The notes beneath the pieces are model-generated. The model was not told where the DNA came from. It was given only the letters and a program-made list of their open reading frames with translations, and made no database searches. From assembly GCF_018350175.1 (NCBI RefSeq), contig NC_058369.1, forward strand, positions 20,028,001-20,092,000: a stretch of 64,000 nt of DNA, read 5' to 3'. Below, one piece after another: positions 35,687-49,644 of the stretch. How positions within the stretch are numbered: position 1 is the stretch's first letter; every line of letters begins with the position of its first letter. A program made the position numbers and the translations under genes. This stretch comes from Felis catus. Lineage: Eukaryota.

Positions 35687-38129
35687 GTATAGCAGACCAT
35701 GAAAAAACATGGGCAAATGGTATTTTTCTTACATATGTGAATATTCTTCCTACTGTATATCATGCCAAACAGAGAAAAACATGTGCAGTGAGTAAAGAAA
35801 TGAAACTTAAAAGGACATAAATGTTCACATTCTGAACAAAGAACTGGAAAGCACAGAACAAAAGATTATCAATGTAAATGAGGGTAACGAGGGAGGAGGG
35901 GAACAAGATCAAAAAGATAACTCTTTCCAATGAAAATTTGGAGTACTCCTGCCAGGTTCCCACTCATCTCATGAAGCAATGTATGAGAAGATGCTGATTA
36001 ACTCTAAAGTGTAGTAACATGTTGATAATTGCTCTCATCCTGTTCAAAACCTTGGTGCGTGTTTGTTTCATTTCCATTTTGCTGTGTAGAAATTCCAAAA
36101 CGTAACTGTGAAGACTGGAAAGCCTTATGCACTGAATTCCTGGAGACAGGGATGTTTGTTCAAAGTTTGTTTTGCTTGCCGTCAGATCCTACTAGTGAGA
36201 GTGAATTTTTGAGGCTATCCTTTTCTAGTTAGTAGAATATGCATTAAGAAATCATGATTAGATTATGTTGAGTATGATCTTTCATAAAAGACAGTCATTT
36301 TTCTATATTCCTGCCAAGACAGTGTTTTTACATGAAGCCTTAGAGAGCAAGCACACCTGAGCATTTAAGTCTTTCCCATTTGCATAGTAAATAAATTGGA
36401 AAACATTGTAATAAATAAATAAGAAAACATTAGGTCATTGTATCAGTGATTTGCTCTTAAATGCTTTATTTTTCTATGGTAATGCTTGACCACATAAGTA
36501 CAGTAAGATAAATTACAAGGTAGCATTTTTTCTATATACTTGAGGAAAGAGTTCTTAGCCAAACTGTTTTTTTTTTTTTTTCAGCTCTCACTCATTTACT
36601 AGTTTCTTTCAGAACTACTAGGTCTGGGTTACTCTTGGGAAGTTACAAAGGACCTATCTATGAAGGGTGCATTTGTCTATACCAGACAAAAGAACTGTTC
36701 CTGAACTCAGAGAAGCAGCCACTGCTCTAACATTGCTTATTTGGCATCAAGAGCTAGGATGATTACTTTCCTCTGACACTCCAGACTGCTTGACCTTCAG
36801 CTGAGAAATATAAAAGTGTGGCACTTCTTTAGGCCCCATAGATTAGCAAAACACGTAAGAGTCAGAGTCGGTCTTCCTGCCTCTCAACTTCCCCACACAC
36901 ATGTACACCTTTCTTAGAAGTATTATGACTTGAATGTTGGAGACGGCAAAGATGAACTGATTTAGCATTGTGCTGTCCTGTCAGCGGGGCCTCACCCTCA
37001 CTGCACCCCCAATTATTCATCTACATGCTTTTTATTGTTAGCATTGAGAGCCCGATCCTGGCATGCGAGCATAAATCATTAGAGTGAAAACAACTGTAGC
37101 TTCCCACATAACTGATCCTTAAGTTACCATTTAGTTCCAATTTCACGAGAAGTATGTTATTTCTAAAGACCCTTTAGGGGCTGCACAATTAGAAAAATGC
37201 TATTATAAATGTTCGAGAATATGTGATAACACGTTTACTCATGTGTCTCTTTTGCTTTTCGAGAAAATGAAAAGAATCTGTTTCCTGGGATTGTTTGTCA
37301 TTTGAGTCTCTGCTTGTTCCAAATCAGGCAAACCATGGTTCCCATCACCTCTCAGTCTCCTGGATGTGAATGCCATAAACTTCAAATAGACTAGGTGTCA
37401 CCAGCAGAGCTGGAATGAGAGTTTGGCATAAATTTTCTAATCAAAAGGGTCAGGTGCCCCATGTGGGTAATAGGGATTATGGGGCTAGCTGGATTTTCTT
37501 CATGTAGCACCTCTGGGAGCCTAATCAAACAGATTCAGATTAGAATTGCAACTTGACCATTCTCTCTCTACTTTCTGATCTCAAGCTAGGAATTTTACCC
37601 CTCTGACTCTGTTTCTTCAGAGATAAAATACCAATTATGAGGATTAAACACAAGAAAAAAGGCAAGAAAAGAAACACTTTAAACAATGTCTGGTATGTAA
37701 AAGATGCTCATTAAGTAGCTGCCGTTGCTGCTGTGACAGCAAGTGATAAGGACCTGGGGCTGCATCTTCCACCCATCTCTTTTCCCTGAGCTTTAGACTT
37801 GGGCTTTTTATCGGCCTGTTTTTGGTTCATCTACATATCTCACAGAGACTTCAAATTCAGCGTACACATCTGAACTTTATATCTTCCCTGGTTGACACCA
37901 GATGCAATCAACTGCTACATGTGGTCAGCTTATATCTCACATCCATTCTCTGTCTTCTGTTCCTAAAAAGCATCATAGCTTGATGGGGCTGCTCCAATTA
38001 TCCTGCGAGTATTTTCTATATTACCAACTTGCCTTCAACACTGTGGCCCTAGTGATCATTCTAAAGATTTAAGAGATCAACATTGTTTCTCATAGTTGAA
38101 CTTTCCTGGCCTCTATAAGGCCCATAATG

Positions 38130-38320
38130 AGGTTTTCCAAACTTGGTAATCCTAACAACTGAGACTTTTAAAAAAAATACAAATTCTTGGATTCTCTCCA
38201 GAAGTCCTCTTTGAGTCCTTTCCTCTGGAGATTCTGATCCAGAAGACCTGGGATGGAGTCCAGGAATCTTCATTTTAATAAACTGCCAGTTATTCCTGAT
38301 GATAGCCAAGTTTGGAGAAC
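38130..38320. mobile_element. MER5-like hAT-Charlie DNA transposon relic
   Basis: gagattctgat…ctgggatggagtccaggaatct…ttttaataaact…tgattc-type motifs. Confidence 0.6.
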
Positions 38321-40175
38321 CCCCACATGTACGTCCACACTGTGGATTTGTCCACTGTGTTACATAGCACTTTGATCACTCCCCACCTTTCCAGTGCCCT
38401 CCTAATTCATGCTTGGAGCCTTCCCACCATCAAGTTGCCTCAGACCTCTGAGAGTCTGCATTTGAAGCACTCTCCTGAAATCTCCTTCTCTTCATCTCTA
38501 ACTACCCCTTACCAAAGCTGAAAGCCTGGCAATATTGCAAGAATCCTTTACAGTATCTCCTTTGGGCAGCCTACCCTAATCCCAGTAGAACTTGTCAGCA
38601 GTCCCTTTCTATGTAACTATAGCATTTTCACATTGTGTTGTAATTTTCGCTTTATGTGGGTCTCTGAGTAGACTCAAAGCCTTGAGGATAGGGAGGGACC
38701 ATTTCATTTCTCTATTCCCAGTATCCAACTCAGTTTCTGAAATATCCTAGAGGTTTATGAATGCTGGTTGAAAGAATGAAAAGGAGAGAAGAAGGCTGGA
38801 AAGAATCCTTTGAGTTGTACTAGTAGTTATAAAATATTCTTTGGAGCCCTGAAGTATCTCAGGGACAGGTAGTGATTGGTTAGCAAAGAGGCCTAAGTAG
38901 GGAGGACTCCTCCCTCTGTTCCGCTTCCCCCCACCTCTGATTCAACCAAAGTAGTTCTCTTTATAAATCTTTCATATATTGAACAGTGTAAGGTTTCATT
39001 GAAAAGAGAAAAGCTGATGCTAAAAAATTTGAAAACCACAGTAGTGATTTGCCTCTATGAAACCACTTTATATGCATTTCTGTTGTTGTGCTTCGGAATG
39101 CAGTGGGGAAACTTGAAGAACTTGAGAAATGAGCCAAGTGACCTAAATTGGAAAATGAATCTATGAGGAAATACTAGAGGTTTTTTAATCTGTTGGAATG
39201 TACTGTGTAGTACCACCTTGGGGCTACTTGTCCATTTTTAAGCACCTGGGAGGTTATGAGAAAGATGCTAAATATTTGCCATCCATCTCCACAGAGGACC
39301 AAATGGGAAACATGAAGATTAGTTGAAAGAGTTGAGAGAATTCCTCTGAATTTATTTGAGGAGCATGCTTATATTTCCAAAACAGAGTCTTCAGGAAACA
39401 CTCTCCCTAAATATCAGAGACTGTTTCTGCTTCAGCATAGACTGGAACATCATTGGCAGTCACCGAACATTTGCTTTGAGGGATGCATAAATTACCACCC
39501 ATAGAGATGTGTATGAATGTGTGAATTAGAATTTTCATAAAATCAAGTGATATTAAAATTAAGACACTAGTAGACTTGTCACAGATTCAAATTATGGAAT
39601 TCATTTGTAGCAACTTGCTTAATAATGTGAAGTTATGAAATTAATGTAGCTTCATATACTATTCATGCATAGCTTATCATAAAGACAACTAAATGCAGAG
39701 AAGCTCTCTTATAATGTTGCTTATTAAACAGTAAGAATTTAACACCATCTCTTTTTTTCTTTTGAAAGAATTGGAGTTTTCTCACCCATATTTAAGGGAA
39801 AAACTGATATTTTGCTCTCTTATAGAAGATGTTTGTAAAACCTCAAGAATAAATTTTACTCTTTTGGCCACGGTTCCTTTCATACCTTTGGGAAATCTGT
39901 AGCTCTGGTTGGCAAATAGATTTGATCAGCATTTATCAAGCTTTGTTTGTACAGATTCCCTTGCCTTACACAAAAGCAGCTTGTGGAGTCAAATGTCACC
40001 TGTCCCACTTGGTATTTAAAACATATAACATTTTAAGCCTCTGTGAAGTCCTAGAGGATAGACACCTGTTTAACTGTATTTAATTCAGAATTTCCCGCTT
40101 TTTTGACCACTTCAGGAAACATTGGATAGATATTTGCCTTCAGATACTTTGAATGTTAATAGAAAGCATCATTTG

Positions 40176-40534
40176 GAAATCTTGCCATTCACAACTACGT
40201 GGATGGAACTAGAGGGTATTAGGCTAAGTGAAATTAGTCAGAGAAAGACAAATATCATATAACTTCACTTACTTGAGGACTTAAAGATACAAAGCAGATG
40301 AACATAAGGGAAGGGAAGCAAAAATATAAAAACAGGGAGGGGACAAAGACATAAGAGACTCTTGAATATGTAGAACAAACAGAGGGTTACTGGAGGGGTT
40401 GTGGAGGGTGGGGGTTGGGGGGCTAAATGGGTAAGGGGCATTAAGGAATCTACTCCTGAAATCATTGTTGCACTGTATGCTAACTAACTTTGATGTAAAT
40501 TTAAAAAGTAAATTAAATAAAAAATTTTAAAAAA
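40176..40534 (+). mobile_element. 5'-truncated L1 3' end
   Basis: TSD agaaagcatcatttg at 40161-40175 and 40535-40549. Confidence 0.92.
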
Positions 40535-41352
40535 AGAAAGCATCATTTGTTTATCATACCCGAGAAGCTAGCAAAACAGGAAACAATTAGATGTATTCCC
40601 AAAGCTCCATGAAATGAAAAAACAGTTCTTTTTTTCACAAATTGTGAAGAAGGCTAGGTGAAACCAGAAGCATGAAAGGCTGTAGGAAATTTGAAGGTCA
40701 TGTGGGCGCTATAAGAACTCGGGCCTCCTCTCACTGTTGAGGAGAAAGATAAGTTCTTGGATTCTGATAGGACCAGCAACCCTGCCACTCAGGAATTTGT
40801 TTTATATACCCTTTTATCTTTGGACCAGAGCTTGATGTAGCCTCTCCAAATGACACACCTCTCTGTGGGTATCTAGCAGCTCCAAACAGCAACCTCCCTG
40901 ATAGACGTCTGCCCTTGAGAGATTCACAGAGATTGGTAGTGTGAGAGTATAGCCGTTGCAGGTGTTCCTTCAAAGATGCAGAAGTAATGATACGTTCTCT
41001 TAAAAAGACATAAACTTCCTAAAAATACATTTATACTCCTGTATCAAGTTAAGAGCTAACTGGGTGGTTGTTAAATGCATTATACACATGTTGGGATAGA
41101 TCAACTACAATAACAGAAAAATGTTACTTTGATGTGCTTGTTTCCTGTTTCTCTGATAAGCTTCAACTTTCCATTACTAAAACTACAAACTTATTTGTAT
41201 CTACACCTATTGTTTCCTCCTGCGTTCTTTCCTTGATTCTCTCAGTTCTTCTAGGACGTGGGAACCTTTTTTTCCTTTGCCAATTATTTTCCGTCTTTCC
41301 TCTGTCTTCAGTATCTCATTTTCTTCTAACATTGTCCTAATACAAGTTACCT

Positions 41353-41585
41353 TGGGTGCCTGGGTGGCTCAGTCGGTTAAGCATCTGACTTTAGCTCAGG
41401 TCATGATCTCACAGCTCATGAGTTTGAGCCCTGTGTCGGGCTCTGTGCTAACAGCTCAGTACCTGGAGCCTGCTTCGGATTCTGTGTCTCCCTCTCTCTC
41501 TCTCTCTCTACCCCACCCGTGCTTGTGCTCGGACTCCCTCTCCTTCAAAATAAATAAACATTAAAAAACAATTAAAAAAAAAAAG
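41353..41585 (+). mobile_element. CanSINE
   Basis: SINE head, (CT)n, A-tail. Confidence 0.9.
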
Positions 41586-41614
41586 AAGTAAGTGTCCTTT
41601 GGTGCATCCCATCT

Positions 41615-42970
41615 TTTTTTGAAGTCAGGTTGTTGAACTGTAATTTGCATGTAGTAAAATTCACTCTTTTTAATACATCCTTTGATGAGTTTTGACAAAT
41701 TTATAGTTGTGAAATCACCACCATATTCAAGAAGTAGAACCTTTCATCACCCCAGAAATTTCCCTCATGCACCTTTGCAGTCAATCCCTGCCCTCCTTCC
41801 TCAACCCTGGCAACTCCTGATCTGGTTTCCATCCTTACAGTTTTGCCTATTCTAGATTATAAGTGAAGATATACAGTATATGGTCTTTTGTGATTGATTG
41901 GCTTCTTTCACTTAGCATACATTTTTGAGATTCATCCATATTATTATATATCTCAGTAGTTCTTATTGTGAAGTAATATATATTTTTATTAATATAAAAT
42001 TATATATTTTATTAATAAATAAAAATATTTATATATTTTATATAATATATATATAATCCACCATTGTGTGGATATTCCATTATATGGATTGTCCAATCAT
42101 TTCCTTTTTGACATTTGGGTTCTTTACAGTTTCTATTAGGAATAAAGCTGCTACAGATATTCACTTTTGGTTTTTGTGTGGACATAAGTTTTCATTTCTG
42201 CTGAGTAAATACCTAAAAGTAGAATTGTTTGGTCATGTAATAGGTTTAACTTTATAAGAAACTCTCAGACTATTTTCTAAAGTGGCTGTACCATTTTGTA
42301 TTTCCCTCAACAGTTTATGAGAGGTCTAGTTGCTCTACATTCTCACCAGTCCTTGGTATATCTAATCTTTAGTTTTAGCCATTCTAATAGGTGTATAGTG
42401 GTACCTCACTGTGCTTTTAATGTTCGTTTCTCTAATGATTAATGTTTTCTTAAGCTTATTTGCTATCCCTGTATGTTCTTTGGTGAAGATCTGTTCAAAT
42501 ATTTTGTTCATTTTTAAATTGAGTTATTACTTATAAAGAACTCTCAGAACTCAATAGTGTGTTCTCCATACAGTCCTTTCTTAGATGAGTGTTTGTAAAT
42601 ATTTTCTCTCAGTCTATAGCTTGTCTTTTCACTTTCTTAAGAGTATCTTTCTAAGAGAAGATGGTTTTAATTTTGATAAGTACAGTTTATCATTTTGTTG
42701 TGATTCATGATATTTTCTTAATAATCTGAGATCACAAATATTTTTCTTTAATGCTAAATATAGAAATAATAAATGTGAGTAAAATATAAAAATGTACTTG
42801 TCTTCATTTTTTTCCTGTGTTTTCTTCTTACAGTTTTATAGTTTTAGCTCCTATATTTAGGTCTATGATCCATTCAAGTTAATTGCCTTGTAGGCAAGGA
42901 TCACGGTTTAGTTTTTTTTCATATAGATTGTTAAGCACGATTTGTTGAAATTACCATGCTCCTTTGATGA
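41615..42970 (-). mobile_element. Ancient L1 (L1M-type) 3' fragment
   Basis: Degenerate antisense L1 ORF2 end and 3'UTR. Confidence 0.75.
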
Positions 42971-42991
42971 ATTTTGGTGCCTTTATTGATA

Positions 42992-42993
<2 letters not shown>

Positions 42994-43035
<42 letters not shown>
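42994..43035. repeat. (TG)n microsatellite
   Basis: Perfect TG run. Confidence 0.95.
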
Positions 43036-43038
<3 letters not shown>

Positions 43039-43720
43039 ACATGTTAATAAAGACCTCCCTCAACCCAACATGCCCATTCAGCTATAAATTCATCACTTCC
43101 ACCTTTTCATAGTTTTTCACTGAAGAGTAGTCTAGACTCACTGTTTCTGCCTTCTCACTTCTTACTTCTCACACTGGGCTCTTTCCCTACCATTCCACTA
43201 AAACAGTTATTGCAAGAATCACACTAGTCTCTTTTCTGAACTGTCAGGGACACTCTTGTGCTTCGCTCATTTGATTCTCAATGGCCTTTGACCTCAATGA
43301 TCCCTCCCTCCTCTTTTGGACATTTTCTTCCCTTGACTGACATAACATCCCACCATCCTCCTTATTTTTGTTGTTTTTCTGTTTGTCCCCATTGTCTACT
43401 TTGCTAGCTGTATTTCTCTTGCCTACTTCCTAAATATCAATGTCCCTCAGGATTCCAACCAAAGCCGTTTTTTTTTCTTTCTCCTTCTGTGTACATCTTC
43501 TCCTTATTCCCATCCAATCCCCTGGCTGAAAAAATCTCAAGTTTACATCTGGCCCAAATAATTTCTCAGCTTCATTTATGCATATTTAATTGTCTACCAG
43601 GATCACAAGCTTTATGAAAAAAAGTACCTTGTATGTATCTTGTTCCCATTTGTATTTCCATGTTTAGCACACAGAATTTAACAACTATTTGTTGACTAAA
43701 TGAACAGATGAATACATGAA
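43030..43720. mobile_element. L2 relic
   Basis: Pyrimidine-rich L2 motifs ending in tgttgactaaatgaacagatgaat. Confidence 0.6.
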
Positions 43721-44624
43721 CAAAGTAAGCAACCTATGAAGTTGATATTAATTCTAGTACAATATTTTAATATTTACCTATTTACTGATACCACATGTAT
43801 GTAGTGAGTACATGACTGTGGGCACAGGAGAAATAAATTACTTTTAGAATCACATACTTAGTCTTTGCCATGGCTCAGTTTTCCTATTGCAGTTGGTGGG
43901 GAGCCTTGGGATGAAGAGGTGGGAAACTGAGCCTGGGCAGGAGCAGGCTACAGTGAGAGAGTGAAGAGACACCTCTCCAGATGTCACAAACACTCTGTCT
44001 CAGGTTTTTTAATCCAGTAATTTCCTTCAGGAATTAAGGAATAACTGTGTTGTTTGGGGAATAAAATACTTTAATGACCCCATTAAATGCCGATGGTAAC
44101 TTTAGTTATAACACATTATTTCTCTTTGACTTTTTGCCCAAATTTTTGTAAGTCCCTATAACATTTTTTTAGTACTAAAATTATTCTTAAGAGTTTTATA
44201 GGAAGACGTAAACTGGGTAATGTAGGTTCTTTTGGCTCTAGTATGATGAACATTTTTAGGATCCATGATTCAATCAGAGAATGTGTATGTTTGTTATGGG
44301 CTTAGCATTATGACTGGAGCTTTGGGTGTATTTGGAAAAAAATACTAGATACTATCTTCATTTCGCCCGTCAGGGAGCACACACCTTTAGGGAGAGAAGA
44401 GCCACAACCAGCAAATAAACAACAGCTGTTAGGTAGTTTATAGTGTCCAGTGCGTGCTGCTTGGCAAGAAAAATAGTGTCCTGCCATTAGACATGTACTT
44501 TTGGCCTTGCCTGTCACTATGAGCTGTTCTGAAAGTGTTTAGGGTTTCTCTATAAATGCCCTTTTTATTTGTTTTGGAGCATGTGGTCCCTTACATTTCT
44601 CTGTCTCTCTCTCCTACATTTCAG

Positions 44625-44706
44625 TGAGCGGTTTCTGGTGAGACTGAACAAGAATGGTGGGCCAAGGAACCCAGAGAAGATAGAACGAATGTGTGCCCTT
44701 TTTACA
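44625..44706 (+). CDS. DOCK3: DOCK3 internal coding exon (82 bp): (S)ERFLVRLNKNGGPRNPEKIERMCALFT
   Basis: Polypyrimidine tract and ttcag acceptor, gtatgt donor. Open frame of 1 nt + 27 codons that joins the next exon in phase 0. Peptide recognised as the DOCK3 N-terminal region upstream of DHR-1. Confidence 0.95.
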
Positions 44707-47700
44707 GTATGTGCAAATTCTCTTTCCCTTCACTGCTGTTGACTCTAGCCAGGGGCCTCCTGTGTGGATATTGTCACCCTGGAAACAAGCATTTATTCTT
44801 ATCCACACACTGGGGAGAATAGGACTTGATTTATGTTTCTATCAGGTTTTAATGAAATATTTAAAGAAAACTGAAATCAGCCACAATTTTTAATTGAACT
44901 TTTTGTTAAAGAAATATAATCAAATACATTTTACTAGTGTAGATTTTATAAGCTATTTAATAGAATAGACAAAACCTGAGAGAAGTCTTTCTTACTTTTC
45001 TTATTTAAGGCCACTGGGAATTTCTCTGATGTAGAAGTATAGTTTCTCTAAAGGCATCCACCAGATTTATAGCTTTGCAGTTTTTTAGTGAGTGCAGAGT
45101 GCATAGAAAGAGAGACAAACTAAGTAGTTCATCTCTCTCACATACCAAATGGAGGGTCTTTTCCTGCTATTATCTATACTTTCATTTTTTCCAAATAACC
45201 ATGCTATCATTGATGGTCTCTAAGACCATAGGCATCAGCTCAGAGAAGTCTTATTAAGAATTCTTCAGGTTGATTCTGATTTACTAAATGTTTTTTATTT
45301 AGTTAAAAAACTAAGTGTTCAGCTTTGTTTATTTCAGTTAATTTATTTGCTAAAGGAAAAAACAAGACTATGTTACAATTTTAAACCAGTTTTGACTCTC
45401 ACGGATTCTTTAATCTGCTTCAGTGATACTGAGATACATTAAGACCCATTAATGAAAGGAGGTGTGATAGTCTCACAGTGTCATTGCCCTTATGTGTGGT
45501 GCATGGTTGATAGGTGACAGTCAGGTAGCTCAGAGCTTACATTGTGCCTCTTAAACACAAGTGGGACTTATCTAAGGATCCAATATGTAACTTTCTCTGA
45601 AAGATAAAATTGGATTTGTTTACCTGACTTTTTTGTTCATTTACCACAACTTTATCTTTCAAAATCTCAATGTTACTGCAGAATCAGAAGCCACTTTCAT
45701 GGGGATAGCTTCTAGTGAAAATGCTCCAGATATACAGAAAGATTTATAAGACTAGTAAAGATAGAGTGATTTTTTTAATCCATCTTTGAATCTCCTAAAC
45801 CTTAGGAGATAATACGGGAAGAAAGCAGGTAAAGCAGACCTATGAAGGCAGTTAAGGGAGGTGCAGTGGTTTAGTCTGGGAAAATCAACACTGTTTCTTC
45901 AGTAGGAAAGAACAAGGGAAAAAGTACAAGTTGCAGTTCCTTGGATTTAGGTTAGAATATTGGGGGAGAGCTTCTGAAGTGAGAGTGTCTAAACACTGAG
46001 ATAATCCTCTGGGGCCATTTTTCTGAAACAATTAGTAAGAAATGAGACACGCATCTGTCTACAATGCCTCTGTGACTATAGGAGGTCTTTCTGGATCCTG
46101 GCTCTCTGATATTATTTGGTTAAAGCAGCAAAAGAAATCATTGATTCCTTGTTCTTTGGCATCAGAGCTTTGTGCATGTGCTATCCTTGAATATCATGAG
46201 TGCAGTCCTTGTCTCTTGAAAAATGAACTTAATTATGATGATGTTTCAATGTAATTACAGTAAATCAAAAATTTCATTTCGCAGCATTTTAATTATCTAT
46301 ATTGGCCCAGAGGCCTAAGCTGTACTCTGACTTTATAAATCAAAGATGCACATAACATTCATGATGTGCTCTTATTCTGCCACAATGGGAAGACACAAGG
46401 CTGCTAAAAATACCACTTCTATACTTCCCTTTGCACTATAGCCCTGGATTTTTTTAAGATCCCAAGAAGTGATTTGAGAAATTTTTACAAAGCACATGAA
46501 ATTTTTGAACAAGATCGTCTTAGCCAGAATTTTCATGTTTAACTTTAAGTTATATGAAGTAATAATTTTGGTGGAACCTATTTTCTCACTTAAGACTTGA
46601 GTTCCTCCAGTGAGCTAAAGGAGTTTTAAAGATTGGCATATGTGCTACAAAGTTTGAGAGTAAATGCACAAAAATGCAGCCAAAGCTGTGGTCGATGCCA
46701 GCCTGTTAGCTTACCTCAACATCAAGAAGAGAGAACCATACAAACTGCAGTTTTGCAGGATTACATAAGCAGACTTCAGAGCCACATTACAGACCAGCAC
46801 ATTACTCATGGTTCAACCCTGTTCTCTGTAAAACCTGTGTTTTTTTTTTTTTCTGACCTTGTTAGATTTCAGAGCTTCCTGTCCGGGAAGAATTTTATCA
46901 AGAAGGAGGTGTTTCATATTTATGTGAATGTCTAATACTGTGATGATTTTGCTAACTTTCATGATAAACAGTGGCTATGAGTGTATGAGTGTGTGAGAAC
47001 ATGTCTGTGAATTTACTCATTATTCAATACCCAGTGATTCACACAAAGTGCCTGGCAAATACTAGGGCCTCCATAATGATTTGTTACATAAGTAAATGAA
47101 TATGTTCATTTTTTATTATATTTGAGTGACCAAGTCAGAAAATGAACTTGTGCTGTTTTCCCTGCTTTCATTGGCATTAGATTTTCTACATTTATTTATA
47201 CTCTTCTGCTTCTTCTGTAGCATAAGTATGAATAAATTGGCTTTGTTTTATATTTGTAAATCCCATTATCTCTACAGAAAAAGGGCAGTTCAGGCACAGG
47301 AAAGTGAGTTGACTTTTCCATGTTTCAAATGGAACATCATTAACTGAGTCTAAGATGCTGAACCCCGAGTAGGATTGGAGTATATATGCTCCAATGAGTA
47401 AATCTAAATTCTTATTCTGCTCACCAGATGAATGGTGGGAATCTCTCCTCCCATCTTGGTTTTACAGGACTTGTAAGTATTTTAACCTGGATAGTCATAC
47501 TTGGTACTTAGTCTTAACGACTGTATGTTTACTAACTCTGTGTTAACTGTGTTTAACCATACACTTATGTTTAATGTGATAGCTTTCACATTGAAATTTG
47601 ACATTGAAATTGACATTGAAATTTGAATTGACATTGAAATGTCAAACTGACAATAATTTTACTTAAAATGGTTTTTTTGTACTGAATATTACCATTACGT

Positions 47701-49644
47701 ATTTATTCACTTCAAATAAATACCACACAGAGTTCTGGGTACCATGTACAACATGGTCAGAAAGGGCCCCTACTTGGAACTACTTGGACAATACCATAAA
47801 CTGTATTTAAGTTTTCTTTCTTCCACATACTAAGAGCCAAGAGAGAGGTCCTGTGCTCATGTGTACAGCTGATCTGATTATTGTTTGATCATCTTTGGTA
47901 ACTGGCTTGAATTCTGAGATGTAGGGATTAGTAATTAAACTGGTTATTTGATAGTTTGGATTAACACAGTCCAAGCTATGTAGAAGGAACCATTTCATTT
48001 TGAAATGTGTCAAACATTTCTATTATCTTTCAGTAAATAGATATATTTCAGTCCCCCCAAAAAAACACATATAAGTGGTAATCTGTTTTTTAATTTTTTT
48101 TGTTATTTAGTAGCCATTTTTAATGTGTCAAAATACAGTGATATTTTGAGGATGTCGTTTTAAATTACATTTCTAAATTAAAGAAATTGGTGAAATGGAA
48201 CCTGAACCATACTTTTTCAATATCAAAAGACATCTTTCATGTAAAAATATTTCTTAGTGTTTCCAGAGATACCAACTCATGTTAAATTATTTTGTAATCT
48301 ATTTCATTACAAGCACGTTTCATTATTCCGTCAAGAATTTGGTGAAACATCATAACCATCTAGAATCTAAAAGTTTCAATTTCACCCTTGCACATTACTT
48401 TTTAATGTCTCCTTTCCTTTGGTATGTTTTGGCCCACTCCATAGGGTAGAGCTGGGACTGTGGGGAGGCAAGCAAAGCCCAGGACCCTGAGAGTGAGACC
48501 TCCTTATTAAACTTTGCACCTTAGGTGCCTTGCTTGCCTCACCCTGGTCCTAATCCTGCAACAAGGTATAAAAATAAAGCAAACATGGAGACTCTGGATC
48601 TCAAAGCTCATTCGAAATTATAACTGTCACTTGATTGTCCCTTTCCTGGATTTACTAAAAAGAAAAAAGCAAAGGGGACCAATCAGAAGATGAAAGATAG
48701 GAAGGAAAGGAAACGAAGGGACCTTTTCTTTAGAAGCAAAAGGGAAATCTTGGAAACCTGTCCCATTAAGGACAGAGGTTATTCCATCAATCATTATGAA
48801 TTCACAACAGTATCTCAGAGTGAGCAGTGGTTGTTGACCTGGTGAAAAGTCTGAAACAGAGTATATATTAAAGAGTGTGTTATTACTTTAAGTACAATTG
48901 AAGTATAAATACATAATCATGATTTTATAATGATAATTTTTATTTCAAAATGTGTTCTTAGCATAAATAACTTAATGTATAAAATCATTTTCATAACTCT
49001 AATTTTATAAGTTCCTGACTGGATCAGATTTGTTTACTTATAGGAAGCCCTTAGAATTTTCCAGATAAGATTATTTTCAGCATTATACTTCAGTATGGAT
49101 GATGCATATCTGAAGTTAGAAATGGACATCCAATTATTGAGGTTTCATTAAGGCTAAATTAGTCTCTTCGCAAGGGAACATATCTACTGTATAATAATCA
49201 TTGTGGACAACAGAACAAACATAAAATTAGTAAAGAATAAACTTAGAATTTTAGTCATTAATAAGCTGATTGGTGTTTTCCCATTTTTTTCCTGCATTGA
49301 ACGCTCCTTTTGTTATATTTTCATGTGATATTAGAATAAACATGGATAAGGCAATATCAAGATGATTTATAATGTGAAAACTCTTGTAGATATTTGTTGG
49401 GTGTTCTCAATAAAAGCTGGAAAAATATTATCAATAAGATAAACTCCCAGAGGCACATAAGATATTCAAACTTTCACTGCAGGAATCTTATAAACACTAA
49501 ACCTCTATGTGCTTTAGTCCCCCTCCCCATCTATAACATCTGCTAAAAGCAACAAAGGCAAATGATTATGAGGTTCAAAATGAATTTTTATTATTTTCTG
49601 TGTATTTATTACCTTAATTTACTTGCTTTCTTTTCTTTCTTTAG

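Noticed and set aside
47588..47645. CRISPR-like array
   Set aside because: Eukaryotic intron, short repeats and no unique spacers of regular length.
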